Source of the DNA: Tubiluchus corallicola
Lineage: Eukaryota; Animalia; Priapulida
Reading direction: 5' to 3'
NCBI GenBank assembly: GCA_030141605.1
Contig: JAQGDQ010001804.1
Span: 1-24,842 of the forward strand
DNA: 24,842 nt
The notes under the pieces: generated by a model
Told to the model about the DNA's origin: nothing
The model's input: only the letters and a program-made list of their open reading frames with translations
Databases searched by the model: none
Shown: piece by piece, positions 1-11,151 of the stretch
Position numbering within the stretch: position 1 is the stretch's first letter
Layout: each line of letters begins with the position of its first letter
Position numbers and translations under genes: made by a program

Positions 1-201
1 CTTATATCTATATTTTAACTCTTTCCACCAGCACACTAATAAAGATTGATTCTGGCTAAAGCGCCATCTTTCTATCCTAATTGTATTAGCATTAACTGGC
101 TTCAACCTTAGTCAACATATTTTGAAACAGAAATCAGTGTTAACGCCGCAATGATTAAACACAAATTAGCAAGGCGTCCTCAACGTTCACATATACATTA
201 C

Positions 202-388
202 CTGTTGTCTAATAATATGCGTTTATAGATGTCAATGGCTTCCTGATAGTGGCTGCGTAGGTAATGTATTGAAGCCAGCGAAAGTTGATCTTCCATTCTA
301 TCCTGGAGCTGACCGTGATAATGCAAGAGCCTCTTTTCATCGTTAAACTTGTGAGATAAGTGAAAGAGGAGGATTGTCAGTGGAGTGC
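202..388 (-). CDS. IFT56: IFT56/TTC26 coding exon (gene continues beyond the left edge)
   Basis: Encodes (G)[61 protein letters not shown](R), matching the recalled TTC26 motif [29 protein letters not shown]; CAG acceptor at 389-391, GT donor at 200-201 on the minus strand; phase fits the 115-nt upstream exon. Confidence 0.95.
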
Positions 389-1400
389 CTGCAATAAAAA
401 ATAGACGTAACAAGACTAAATGAATTCAGACCCAATCCACAAGTATGAGATTGTGACAATGTTTATACGATGACTATATATACCATCTCTAGTGAGGTTA
501 ACTCACGTCAATACTTGTAGACTATTACACTGAAGGATGACTAACTAGGATGCACGATGCTCATGACTAATTTGAAATTCCATGACTCTGCATACCATAG
601 TTTTGAAGTTATTTAAAGGGGGTACCTAAAGTAAGATTCAGAAAAATCGCCTTAGAAAATTTTATTACTTTATAGCAATTTTATGCACATATCATACTCG
701 AGTTGAAAGGATTTTTTGTACGTTTTCATTTTAAATCTTCTGCAATATTGTTCCGACCGCGCCATTACATGGCGTCACCTACGCCCAACGTAAATCAAGG
801 GAAGAAAAGGCAATGTTAAATTATGTCCCAAAAAACTTTCCGTGCAATTCTATGTTACCTAGCTTTCCGCTTACCTACTTGAAAGACTTGTGTAACTAGA
901 AAGAATTTTTTTAATTATTTAAAATGTTTTCATTAGTTGGTAAAATGTCGTTGACTCACCCTCCAGGGTGCACCACTCACTAAAGAAAAATGTATTTTTG
1001 ATCTTATTGACAAGATACAGTAATTTAAAATTTTACTTAGTTAGCAACGTGTGCGCTACAAATGCTCTGATTATTTTTTCAAACTTTACTCAATGTTATC
1101 TAAACTTGCTTCAAATGACCTATCATTAAAATGGCTGCGTCTAACGGTCATCACGGGAGTTTAAATTTACATGTTTTACACAGCGTTATGGACGATTGAA
1201 ATGCTGTAGTAAAAAGGCAGTACGTAAGCGATATAAAATTTCAAGACGAATTTTTTAAGCTTTATTTATATGGAGGATTTTCTTGTGCTTTAATGTTACA
1301 TCTTGACGGAGAAAGCTGCTAATCCTAATTTTCATATTTTGGCTGTTGTCTCTGACTTTTAACAACCTGATGGCTTTTCATGTTTTATTTTTGTCTACAC

Positions 1401-1688
1401 CAGTGGTTCCCAACCTTTTTTGATCCGTTCCCCCCTTTTGAAGGCTGCTGATTCTCCTTTCCTCCTAGCCCACAAACAGCAGGGAGCTCAGGCAGTCTCA
1501 GGCAGCCACGCGGTCGGATCTAAACATCTTGAGCGGGAGAGTGTGTTGCGTTGGCTATGAAGGCTTTCTGTACTTTTTTCTCTGCTTTTCTACATATTTT
1601 TTATTTTTATTTTTCCACCCATTCGTTCCCCCCTGGAGGTGGCTCATTCCCCCCTAAGGGGGAATTCGTCCCAGGTTGAGAACCCCTG
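1401..1688. mobile_element. hAT (Charlie-like) MITE
   Basis: TIRs CAGTGGTTCCCAACCT / AGGTTGAGAACCCCTG; 8-bp flanks GTCTACAC (1393-1400) and ATCTACAC (1689-1696), 7/8 identical. Confidence 0.85.
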
Positions 1689-2112
1689 ATCTACACCTTT
1701 TATTATAATGTGCAGAAATCAAGAACCAGAACGACCGACATGATGCTAGCACAATATGGGAAATCTTCATTTCTAAGCCCGATTATCCTACGGCTTTGTA
1801 AGCGGAAAACTGAATGCCTAACCTAATGATGAAAAATCAGTATCAGGAGTTCTCCGAGAGATAAAAGTGGTAAGGTGGGTTTATACAGCAGGATAAAACT
1901 TATGATATGGCATTTATGTCTACTGATGTGCATTTAGATTGATCTGGTTCATTGACCTGTTCACCTTGAGTAATGTGACTGACAAAGTAAAGGGAAACAC
2001 GAACTGCAATAAGTTTACCTAATGGAAAAACTTCTTTTCATACGTTTCTTATCTCACTTTGATACAGTCTCAGATACAGTGTAGAATTATAAACACAAGC
2101 GAGGTGCAATTA

Positions 2113-2334
2113 TGACAATGACTACAACACAAAGACAATCACACTTTTTTTAACAATGACTACAACACAAAGACAATCGCACTTTTTTGACAATGACTAC
2201 AACACAAAGACAATTGCACTTTTTTTAACAATGACTACAACACAAAGACAATTGCACTTTTTTTGACAATGACTACAACACAAAGACAATAGCACTTTTT
2301 TGACAATGACTACAACACAAAGACAATCGCACTT
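2113..2334. repeat. 37-38 bp minisatellite, about 6 copies
   Basis: Unit GACAATGACTACAACACAAAGACAATCGCACTTTTTT repeated head to tail with variable T-run. Confidence 0.95.
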
Positions 2335-2816
2335 ATGCCTTCCAATGGGAGTGACATAGCAGTTCTCTTCTAGATAATCAGATGATTACTGCCTTTATTA
2401 CATCAACAGCTGAATCAACAGACCATTCTTATTGTTATAATTCCAATTCCATAGTTACGAAATAATATTTGTTTTGCAACAATAGAATTATAAAATGTCA
2501 TTCGAACATAGTAAACTTTGAAAAGTTTGATTTTATCTCTTCCTTGCTTAATAATTCACAATGATGACCAATTACCTATATTATATATTTTACAATCAAA
2601 ATGCTTATTATAGTATCAAAGCATGGTCTCCCTTAGAACTCTATGTAAGTGTGCAACTATTATTTCTCTATAAACAATGCTTCTAGATGTTGTAAAATAT
2701 CTACTCTGAAAGAAAACTCAAGTTTTGCCATTACTTTTCAAATGGACACAAAACAGAAATTGTCTAAGCTGAGCTGCAGTATTCTAAGTTACACAACACC
2801 AATATCTTAACAGAAC

Positions 2817-3466
<650 letters not shown>

Positions 3467-3495
3467 TGTTAGGCAAAGAAGGGTTATTTACAAAC

Positions 3496-3610
3496 CTTTC
3501 TGCGCAGCTTCATCCGACTCTTTATACATGCCAAGAAAGAAGTAACAACAAGCCAAACACAGCCATAGATCTTTATCTGATGCATTCTTCTTGATCATGC
3601 GCTCGTACTC
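3496..3610 (-). CDS. IFT56: IFT56/TTC26 coding exon (115 nt)
   Basis: EYERMIKKNASDKDLWLCLACCYFFLGMYKESDEAAQK(G), matching recalled LACTYFFLGMYKQAE; CAG acceptor 3611-3613, GT donor 3494-3495. Not in the ORF track. Confidence 0.93.
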
Positions 3611-3821
3611 CTGCAAACATTAGCAAAGAACTAGGCTAAGGATAAGAGAAGCAAAAATATTAAACAGCAAAATCAGAACGAATTTCGAAATATGTTTAAA
3701 ACAAATCCCAAAATAAAATAATAAATATTTACTTATTTGAAAGTTAAAAGGTTAAAGAAGAAATTCTAAACAATTTGAATAACTTTCTCAATTAGACATA
3801 AAGACCCACAACCCTGGGATC

Positions 3822-4165
3822 CATCATCAGCATCATCATCTCTGGAGTCGCACGTCATTTGACATGACCCTTCTGATCACTTTACTCCGTGCTGCCCCAT
3901 CACCTGCAACCTCCTACGTCTCTGTATTTTTGATACAGTGTTTCTTTGGAAGCTAATTTTAATGGACCGTCATCTGGTCGTCGCATAACATGTCCTGTCC
4001 ATCTTAATCTCCTTTTCATTTTAATTGTCCGTTCCTTTGCCTTGACTTTATTATACAGATCTCCTGGTTTGATATTTTCTTTGGTCATTTTATTTCTAGA
4101 ATGTTCCTGTAGTTTCTTCTTTGAAATGCATCAATTTCACGATCCATCGGTAGCTCAGAAAAAAT
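3822..4165 (-). mobile_element. Degenerate RTE-clade LINE 3' fragment
   Basis: Frameshifted DAFQRRNYRNILEIK*PKKISN... and RRLRWTGHVMRRPD (RTE C-terminal motif); (GAT)n-like tail at 3822-3840. Confidence 0.7.
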
Positions 4166-4179
4166 TTGTTATTAAGCAT

Positions 4180-4740
4180 TTTTGTTGTTGGCATCCTTCT
4201 GTCTCGGAAGACAATGGAGTGTGCGCCAAGAGAGTCAGTTACTGATCACATTGACGGAGCTGCAGCGTCGACTGTGGCTGAGCAGTCCGATCCTTGAACC
4301 ACTGGAATGGCCTCTCCAGGGCGCACGCCTGGGCAAGGTGTATGGAGATCCTGAGTTGCCCAGACAACAGGAACCCCTCTCTTCCTCCCTGGTGTAGTCC
4401 AAAGGAAAGCAGAGCGATACGTTTGGCACCAGGTTGGCTGCAGGAGCTGCCGGAGTCAGTGAGCATGCTGGACTGGTCCGCCTTCGGGGCTCCACTCCTG
4501 ATTTGGAAGGTTTACTCCTCTACACATGGCCGTTGGGTCACTTGACCTCCTCCGCCCTCTAGCCGTTGGCTGCTTGTACAGCTCCTCCGCCTAGTGTCGA
4601 GATACAGTGTGGGCATCCCGCAAGCCTACAGCACCTAGTATTCCTAGGCGGTCACCCATCCAAGCACTAACCAGGCTCTACGTTGCTTAACTCCACTGAT
4701 CAGACGAGAACCGGTGTTTTCAACGTGATTTGGCCGTAGT
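4180..4740 (-). mobile_element. 5S rRNA-derived SINE (SINE3-type), about 560 bp
   Basis: 5S head 4740-4622, GC-rich body of about 430 bp, CAACAACAAAA tail, direct repeat (G)TTATTAAGCAT at 4168-4179 and 4739-4750 (TSD). Confidence 0.85.
4622..4740 (-). pseudogene. Essentially full-length 5S rRNA sequence forming the SINE head
   Basis: Reverse complement reads ACTACGGCCAAATCACGTTGAAAACACCGGTTCTCGTCTGATCAGTGGAGTTAAGCAACGTAGAGCCTGGTTAGTGCTTGGATGGGTGACCGCCTAGGAATACTAGGTGCTGTAGGCTT; A and C boxes recognisable; no oligo-T terminator follows. Confidence 0.9.
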
Positions 4741-5101
4741 TATTAAGCATATTCATGTAGTAATGTAATTTATTTTCAGTGAGCTAGTAATCTGTTCACT
4801 GTTACTTGTCTGCTTACTTTTTTTCACTTACATACTTTTACAACCACTAATCACAAAAGCAAACTTATCACTCCACACACACATTATGCAAAATCACTTT
4901 AAGTGTGTAAACACGCAGCAGTTATATATATTATAAAACTGTTATATATATTATATCGTATATATTAATTCTGCTGGTATATATATATATATATATATTT
5001 ATTTATTTATATATTTATATATATATATATATATAAGATTCGAGGCTACAGCTCCGACGGCGGCCCATTTGCGGCGATCTATACATCAAACGAAAGGTCT
5101 C

Positions 5102-5313
5102 ATTATATATTATATTATATTATATTATATTATATTATATTATATTATATTATATTATATGATATGATATGATATGATATGATATGATATGATATGATAT
5201 GATATGATATGATATGATATGATATGATATGATATGATATGATATGATATGATATGATATGATATGATATGATATGATATTATATTATATTTTATTTTAT
5301 TTTATTTATATTA
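5102..5313. repeat. Compound pentanucleotide microsatellite (TATAT)n-(GATAT)n-(TTTAT)n
   Basis: Directly visible; unit switches at about 5161 and 5281. Confidence 0.97.
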
Positions 5314-5515
5314 TGAAACCTTATATTTTCACATAAATATTTAATTCTTTTGTACCACGATAAATTCTTATTAATGAGAAAAATCGTTGTTTGTGTTTTA
5401 ATTTTCATGCATTTTTGAAAGCAGGATGATTTCAGAATAAAAATATAAATATTTACATTTTTATTCAATAAATTACTTTTATATCACGGACCATAACTGA
5501 TTTAAATTGCGATAC

Positions 5516-5608
5516 CTCCAATGCCCGCTTATAGTCGCCCATGTGAAAGGCACAGTAAGCTAGCCAGCAGTCATCCAGATCAGCAGCTTTGCCAGAATTT
5601 CTATTGAA
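5516..5608 (-). CDS. IFT56: IFT56/TTC26 coding exon (93 nt)
   Basis: FNRNSGKAADLDDCWLAYCAFHMGDYKRALE, matching recalled WIGYCAFHLGDYKRALE; TAG acceptor 5609-5611, GT donor 5514-5515; phase 0/0. Not in the ORF track. Confidence 0.95.
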
Positions 5609-5717
5609 CTATAAAAGTAACAAACTCTATTACATGGATGCGACAAGTAGATACTTTATACATTATACCTTAAACTCGTAAGTAAACGGTGAGCTTATAC
5701 ATATATATATATATATT

Positions 5718-5887
5718 TGTCATTAAAATGGTTTACTCATTATAATAAAATTGAGTAAGCCTCAGCGTAATGTTAAAATAACAACACTGTTCAAGACAAA
5801 TGCGTCCAGTACTGACTAAAAAAATAAAGTGCAAAACTAAGGCCTAATTATATACAAAAAATGAACATATTTACAAACACAATATTA
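5718..5887. repeat. Unclassified dispersed repeat, second copy inverted at 23586-23747
   Basis: TGTCATTAAAATGGTTTACTCATTATAAT...AAGCCTCAGCGTAA...ATGAACATATTTACAAACAC aligns with the reverse complement of 23586-23747; both abut TA-rich sequence. Confidence 0.85.
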
Positions 5888-6021
5888 CAAAAATACATTA
5901 AATTTACCTTATTTAATTAATTCAGTGTAAATGACAATAAAACAGCGAATAACCACGTAATACGCTGAAAACTTTAAAAGTGGAAAGTGAAAGATGAATC
6001 TTTCTTCCTAAAAAAAGAAAG

Positions 6022-6134
6022 CTGGGCTTGGTTTCATAAAGCCGTCATTAACTTAACGACTTTGTTATTAATAGTTAAGTAAATCTAATAACGACGTCGT
6101 TAATTTAGCGACAGATTTGTGAACCGACCTCTGG
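6022..6134. mobile_element. Small fold-back MITE, possibly PIF/Harbinger-like
   Basis: GGTTTCATAAAGCCGTCATTAACTTAACGAC pairs imperfectly with GTCGTTAATTTAGCGACAGATTTGTGAACC; CTG on both sides. Confidence 0.5.
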
Positions 6135-6264
6135 TGTACAGCTCAAACTAATGGTAAAAAAATGAGCCAAAATATAAAGAGGTAGCTGAATATTTAAAGT
6201 GTTGCAAAGATAGGTTATCCTTTCCACATTCTAACTAAAATGACAGCAAGATTTCAAGGCTTAC

Positions 6265-6390
6265 CTCAAGCAATGCTATTGCACCAGTGTAATCGCGAGC
6301 ATTTACGAAATCTTCAAACTTTGGCAACTCTTTTTCTTTCTTTGCATCCTTTTTCTCGGATGAAAATGCGGCTTTGATACGAGAAAGGTT
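6265..6390 (-). CDS. IFT56: IFT56/TTC26 coding exon (126 nt)
   Basis: NLSRIKAAFSSEKKDAKKEKELPKFEDFVNARDYTGAIALLE, matching recalled MLSRAKPA...IPKLEELLSKRDFTGAITLLE; CAG acceptor 6391-6393, GTAAGC donor from 6264. Confidence 0.93.
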
Positions 6391-7011
6391 CTGAAAGGAA
6401 AAATAAACGACGTAGTATGGATGTTTTACAACAAGCCACACAAACATAATACTAAAATAACAAATTTCATCCATTTGATTTGACTAAAAAAGCCATATTG
6501 TTCGAGTGAAGGTGTTAGCTATTTGTTTAACAAAATGAGCTTAGATCCTGAATATCACAACTGGAATAAATGTTAATATGAAGGTAACAGTCGACAAAAA
6601 CGCTTATGTGATCCTACCCTTTTTAAGAGCATGTTTTGTCTAAACTTTCTCTAAATAAGTCATGCTTGATGATGACAGGGATCAATGAGCTATCTCACTA
6701 GTAGAACATAATTTCACTTAACCTAGTAAGAACATAACTACGGCACTGGACAGTTTATTTGACAGTATTCATTCATTTCACGACACCGTGCACCTGCAAT
6801 CGCCTTGCCGAAAAAGCGTGTTTGAACTGTTAAGATATACGGGTTGAAGATAAAAAAACATTACAATTCTCAACAGACAAATAGCGCTACTGAAGAACCA
6901 GAAACTGCCACACAGGGGTTAGTTTCACTGGTGCAAGAATAAAATTTAATCACTCAATTAAAGCAAGTTTACAACATTAACCAAGCAATCAATCAATTTT
7001 TTATAATTTAC

Positions 7012-7098
7012 CATGATTTATAGTTTAAGGCAGCCATTTCACAGAAATAGATACACGAATGTAGAGCAGTAATGCGTAGTAACGAACTCAGCTTTCAC
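7012..7098 (-). other. IFT56: Candidate IFT56 5'-UTR exon ending in the initiator ATG (7014-7012)
   Basis: Minus strand: CTAATCATTTGTTGCAG acceptor with branch-point-like CTAAT, 87-nt exon ending TAAATCATG|GTAAAT; phase 0 joins the 6390 exon. Confidence 0.6.
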
Positions 7099-7248
7099 CT
7101 GCAACAAATGATTAGTGAAGTAATTAAGTTGCAACAAAGTGTGACCTAGCAAATGCAAGACTGCATGGGGGCCATGGGGCAGGATATTAGTAACTATCAA
7201 ACTTTGTTATCCATATGATATAAAAGTTAAAAACTGTATAACACTTTA

Positions 7249-7317
<69 letters not shown>
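7249..7317. repeat. (AAT)n followed by (TAT)n: self-complementary microsatellite
   Basis: AAT run switches to its reverse complement at about 7290. Confidence 0.95.
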
Positions 7318-7319
<2 letters not shown>

Positions 7320-7919
7320 TAACACCTCAGAGTGTAATGCCACCTGTAATTGTTAAAGCTGATTAATAATGTTGTCTAAGCATGATTATTAATGTTTAAA
7401 TTTAAGCATATGCTACCTATTAGCAACACTTGATTGAACAGAACTGATAAAAATACGGGGTTCGGTTTGGGAGGCATCACAAAAATAACAGGAATGTTTG
7501 CTCTGGCCCACACTTGGACAAGAAGCATGAAACGACACAGTTCCTTGAAATGAAATGACATGTTAATCAAAGTAATGGGTGGTATACCTAACCAGTGAAT
7601 CGCTCAGTCTGAAACAATTTGCACCAAAATACTAATTTGCAAAATTTCACTTTTTGCCACCAAAGAAGTTTGTGTTCATTCAGTCTCCTTTCTTAGTTTA
7701 ACAGCAGTTATTAAATTTCTAAATCCAACAACAAAAACACAAAAACATTTTTATAAACGTGTCATCTAAACATTTGTTTCATGCGCGGTGATGCACCCAT
7801 GTAAAGGCCAAAGATGCGACTTTCAAAATTCCCTTGATGTGAGTACAACAGTCTGTACTGCACTGTTCTGTTAAGACTGTTCTTTAGAAAGATTGAAATA
7901 TTGCAGTTTGACCACGCTT

Positions 7920-8195
7920 GACCAGTTTGACAACGCTTGAATTAAGAAGACACCGTGGAGATCTTATTGAGTTTTATAAAATATTAACTAAGAAAAGAAA
8001 ATGATGCTTGAAAAACTCTTTAAATTAGTTGCTGATTCCAAAACTAGAGGGCAACGTACAAAACTGTTTAAAAAGCGGTCATGTCCTAACATTCATAAAT
8101 ATTTACTGCAAGAGCGGTGAATGAATGGAATAATCTGCCTGCCATGGTGATTGCAGCACCCTAACTGCAGTAGAGCTTAAATCCTTAATCAACAA
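7920..8195 (+). mobile_element. Degenerate CR1-clade LINE 3' fragment
   Basis: TTLELRRHRGDLIEFYKIL ... KTRGQRTKLFKKR ... RAVNEWNNLPA: CR1 ORF2 C-terminal motifs with frameshifts. Confidence 0.75.
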
Positions 8196-8250
8196 TTAAT
8201 TTGTGGAAAAATATGAGGTTTCTATGAGTGTACTTGCTTAACCCCTAATC

Positions 8251-8430
8251 ATGACAGTATGTGTAATTTCAAAAATCACAAAATCTTTTGAGAATCAAAA
8301 GATTTCCTCGGAAACAAAAATTAGAATATTCTCAGCCTTAGTTGAAACTGTATTTCTGTATAACTCTGAGCTCTGGACATTAAACGCAAATCACAAAACT
8401 GAAATCGAGTTTTATAACATCGCCTTTCAG
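8251..8430 (+). mobile_element. RTE-like LINE fragment
   Basis: KISSETKIRIFSALVETVFLYNSELWTL resembles the post-RT region of RTE elements. Confidence 0.6.
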
Positions 8431-9047
8431 AAGCCTTCAGTCACGCTAGTTGCCACAATATGATTATCACCAATATGATTATCAGCATATACTAGTTACA
8501 TGTAACTTTGACATCTCATCATAAGTGTACTTTTCCATATTATATTTATAATGATTAAACAGTCAAGACAAGATATTGTAAAAAGTGTGTGTAAATTTTA
8601 CTGCCTAAAATTTTTACTGTGTCAATTTTTTACAGTCTTCATAAATTTTTCTTGTACCAATACCTCTGGTGGCATCCAAAAGATTTTAAGAAGTACATAT
8701 TATTACCATGTTATCGCTCATATACATTATGTTTGATATCGGTTTGCGAGCTTTAAGCTCATGTTTTACAAATATGTACTGTTTATATCATGCCGATGAA
8801 AATAAATATTATCTTATCTTATCTTAGTGTATAACAGTAATTATAACAAAATAAACACGCAATTCAAATTAAAAATAACACAAATTGCAATGTAATCACA
8901 ATGAAAATACTCAAGTAATAATAATAATAATCATGATTATCGAATTCTCATTACGTCGGGTGAATACATGCAGGCATTACCAAAATTAATATTACTTTCG
9001 TTAGCAAATATTTCCAACAATATGAGCAATCAAAATTCACGCACGCT

Positions 9048-9109
9048 ATTCCCTTAGCAACGCATTCAATTCATCCCAGGTTTCTTACCATCTAGCTGTC
9101 TAGAGAAAC
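9048..9109. promoter_or_regulatory. Two degenerate RFX X-box-like sites around the putative first IFT56 exon
   Basis: ATTCCCTTAGCAAC (9048-9061) and, on the minus strand, GTTTCTCTAGACAGC (9109-9095); RFX control is typical of IFT genes. Confidence 0.35.
9089..9091 (-). other. IFT56: Candidate end of IFT56 first exon: ATG|GTAAGA
   Basis: Strong donor GTAAGA immediately after an ATG; phase 0 compatible with exons 7098 and 6390. Confidence 0.45.
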
Positions 9110-9900
9110 GTGTAAAATCCATAAATCAATCAATGATTTAGTGTTCTCCGAGGCCACCCATCGAAATTTGTTTGTACTTGTTTTTGTACTTTAGCAATAC
9201 TACGCACACTACTTATTCTGAAAGTCATCTTTATGGGCCAGTTGAGTTATTAAGTTTGAATGGTAAATTTGAAAGGTAGACGCTACGTGGATATGGGCTA
9301 AAGATGCAAAATGTTTTCAAACCTGCTAACTTATTCTAATGGCGGTAGAAAGCTTTAAGTATCGTTGTATTTGATTGTCTATGTAGTGTGTACATCAGTT
9401 AAAGTTTGCTAAACGCATGATAGACAAAGACAGTGCAAAAAACTCTACATAAGGTCAGATGTTTAGTCAATTTTAATCGATGCCTTTTACATTTTTTCTG
9501 ACCTGATAGTGAGCTTGTCCATTTAGATTGCGGGTGTCACCTGGTAGTGAATGTTAGCCAACACTTCAAATAGTCCATCTTACCAGGATTTTTATAAAAT
9601 CTGTCTGGGGTAACGCTCTACCTCCTTGCGCACCAACAGTGCATTGTAATTTGACCGATTATTTGACAATGTAAAAGTGCGAACTAACGAGATGCATGTG
9701 TCCGGGGGAAGTATAAACAAAGCTACCTGAATCAAATGCTCGTGGCTTGCTATAACTTTCAAGCTTTCTAAGTTAATTCTCAGTACTAGCTGCTAAGCAA
9801 GCAAGTCGAAGAAGTCAGAAAAAAGTGACTGACGTATTTAAGTTTTTTCTTTTAATATTGTGGATTGCTTGTTCTTTTTTTACTGTGACAGTAATTGACT

Positions 9901-9930
9901 ATGCCCATGGAAACGCAAGATGGATGCGTT
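9901..9930 (+). CDS. NAA38: Candidate first coding exon of NAA38/LSMD1 (MPMETQDGCV)
   Basis: Pyrimidine-rich acceptor CAG at 9889-9891, ATG 9901, donor GTGAGA at 9931; phase 0 fits the next exon; no homology support. Confidence 0.5.
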
Positions 9931-10773
9931 GTGAGAAATGTTACTTATTATCTGTATTTAAAATTTTGTAGACAGTTGGTTAGTATTACTATACTATTAC
10001 TAGAGTCTAGAGAATAGGAGCGAGGCATGAAAGAAGGCGGTGCTATTAATAGGACAGGACATCATGGCCTTGATAGGCTTAGCTCAGTGGTACTGACGTT
10101 ACGTGGGGCGTTAGCACCTGCTTGACTTATCTGTGTACCGCGGCAATGTACATACCGTCTCACCACCTTGCTCCATACCATTGCGCCAATTGCCGCCTTA
10201 CTGTGTACCGTTTTATGTTGTGCCATCTCATGGTACATAGCAATACGCTACCTGATGTCAGAGAACGTGGTGGTGCAGTACACACGAAATAGCGATGGGT
10301 ACAACTGCACAAATTGAAGCCCAACCTTGTTGAGGTTGGCCGGTATTGAAACAAGGACCCAGTATGTGTGGGAGTCCATTATCGCATAATGTTGAACATA
10401 CGAAACCGAGGTGTTTTATGAGGTGCTGCAGCAGCTGCACTACGTATTCTATGAAATTTGTGAATATTACACTTTTGCATACATAAGGTGCATTCGCATG
10501 TACCATAAAATGAAATAGTCGTAGAGAGATAGAACAGGAAGCACAGAGAGAGAGAGAGAGGGGGGAGATAGGTGGAGTTATTGCTTTGATCGAATCTATG
10601 TACTTGTCTGCATGCCTTCTTGTGAACAATCTAAGTTTACATTTAACTTTCGTGTGCAACTGCATGCTGAAGTCTGCAAGGCTATAAGTTTAAATAAACA
10701 CAGTTTTTATAAGAACTGTAACTTTACCACACAGTCTAAAATAAATGTTGTTATGATATTTTGTTTTCTCTAG

Positions 10774-10933
10774 GTTGAAAAAACGCAACTTCGACAAAAG
10801 ATGGAGGGCTGGTTGAACAAGCCCATGAAAATTAAAATGACCGACGGTCGAACACTGATAGGCTCTTTTCTCTGTACTGATAAGGATGCCAATATTATTC
10901 TGGGCAATTGCCAAGAATACGTGAACATACCAG
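10774..10933 (+). CDS. NAA38: NAA38/LSMD1 (NatC auxiliary subunit, Sm fold) coding exon
   Basis: [53 protein letters not shown]; MTDGRTLxGxFLCTD is the NAA38 Sm1 motif; TAG acceptor 10771-10773, GT donor 10934. Not in the ORF track. Confidence 0.93.
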
Positions 10934-11151
10934 GTATCAGACAGTACTACTTTTTTTGTAATCAAGATAAATAATGAAAGCAAAATAGCACTAGGCATTC
11001 ATTTTCAATAGTAATGAACCACTGAGTTACTCTGAGCTGCATAATTAATTCATCCACTTTACCGAGAGCTTGTACATGCTGTAAGAATGGCTGAGTTGTG
11101 ACATTGTGAAGTCTGCTGTTTATAATCAGGGGTTCAGAACGGTAAACATAA

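Noticed and set aside
613-1380. TTAA-AGGGGGTACC start resembling a Kolobok-type left end
   Set aside because: No matching right terminus found.
4182-4545. Four overlapping short ORFs
   Set aside because: Chance ORFs in the GC-rich SINE body; no recognisable protein motif.
4622-4740. Functional 5S rRNA gene
   Set aside because: Single copy, no terminator after the 3' end, fused to a body and tail within a TSD; better explained as a SINE head.
9418-9453. ATG followed by a donor-like AAGGTCAG as NAA38 first coding exon
   Set aside because: In-frame TAA precedes the donor; at most a UTR exon.
10690-10998. 102-aa minus-strand ORF
   Set aside because: Antisense shadow of the NAA38 exon.
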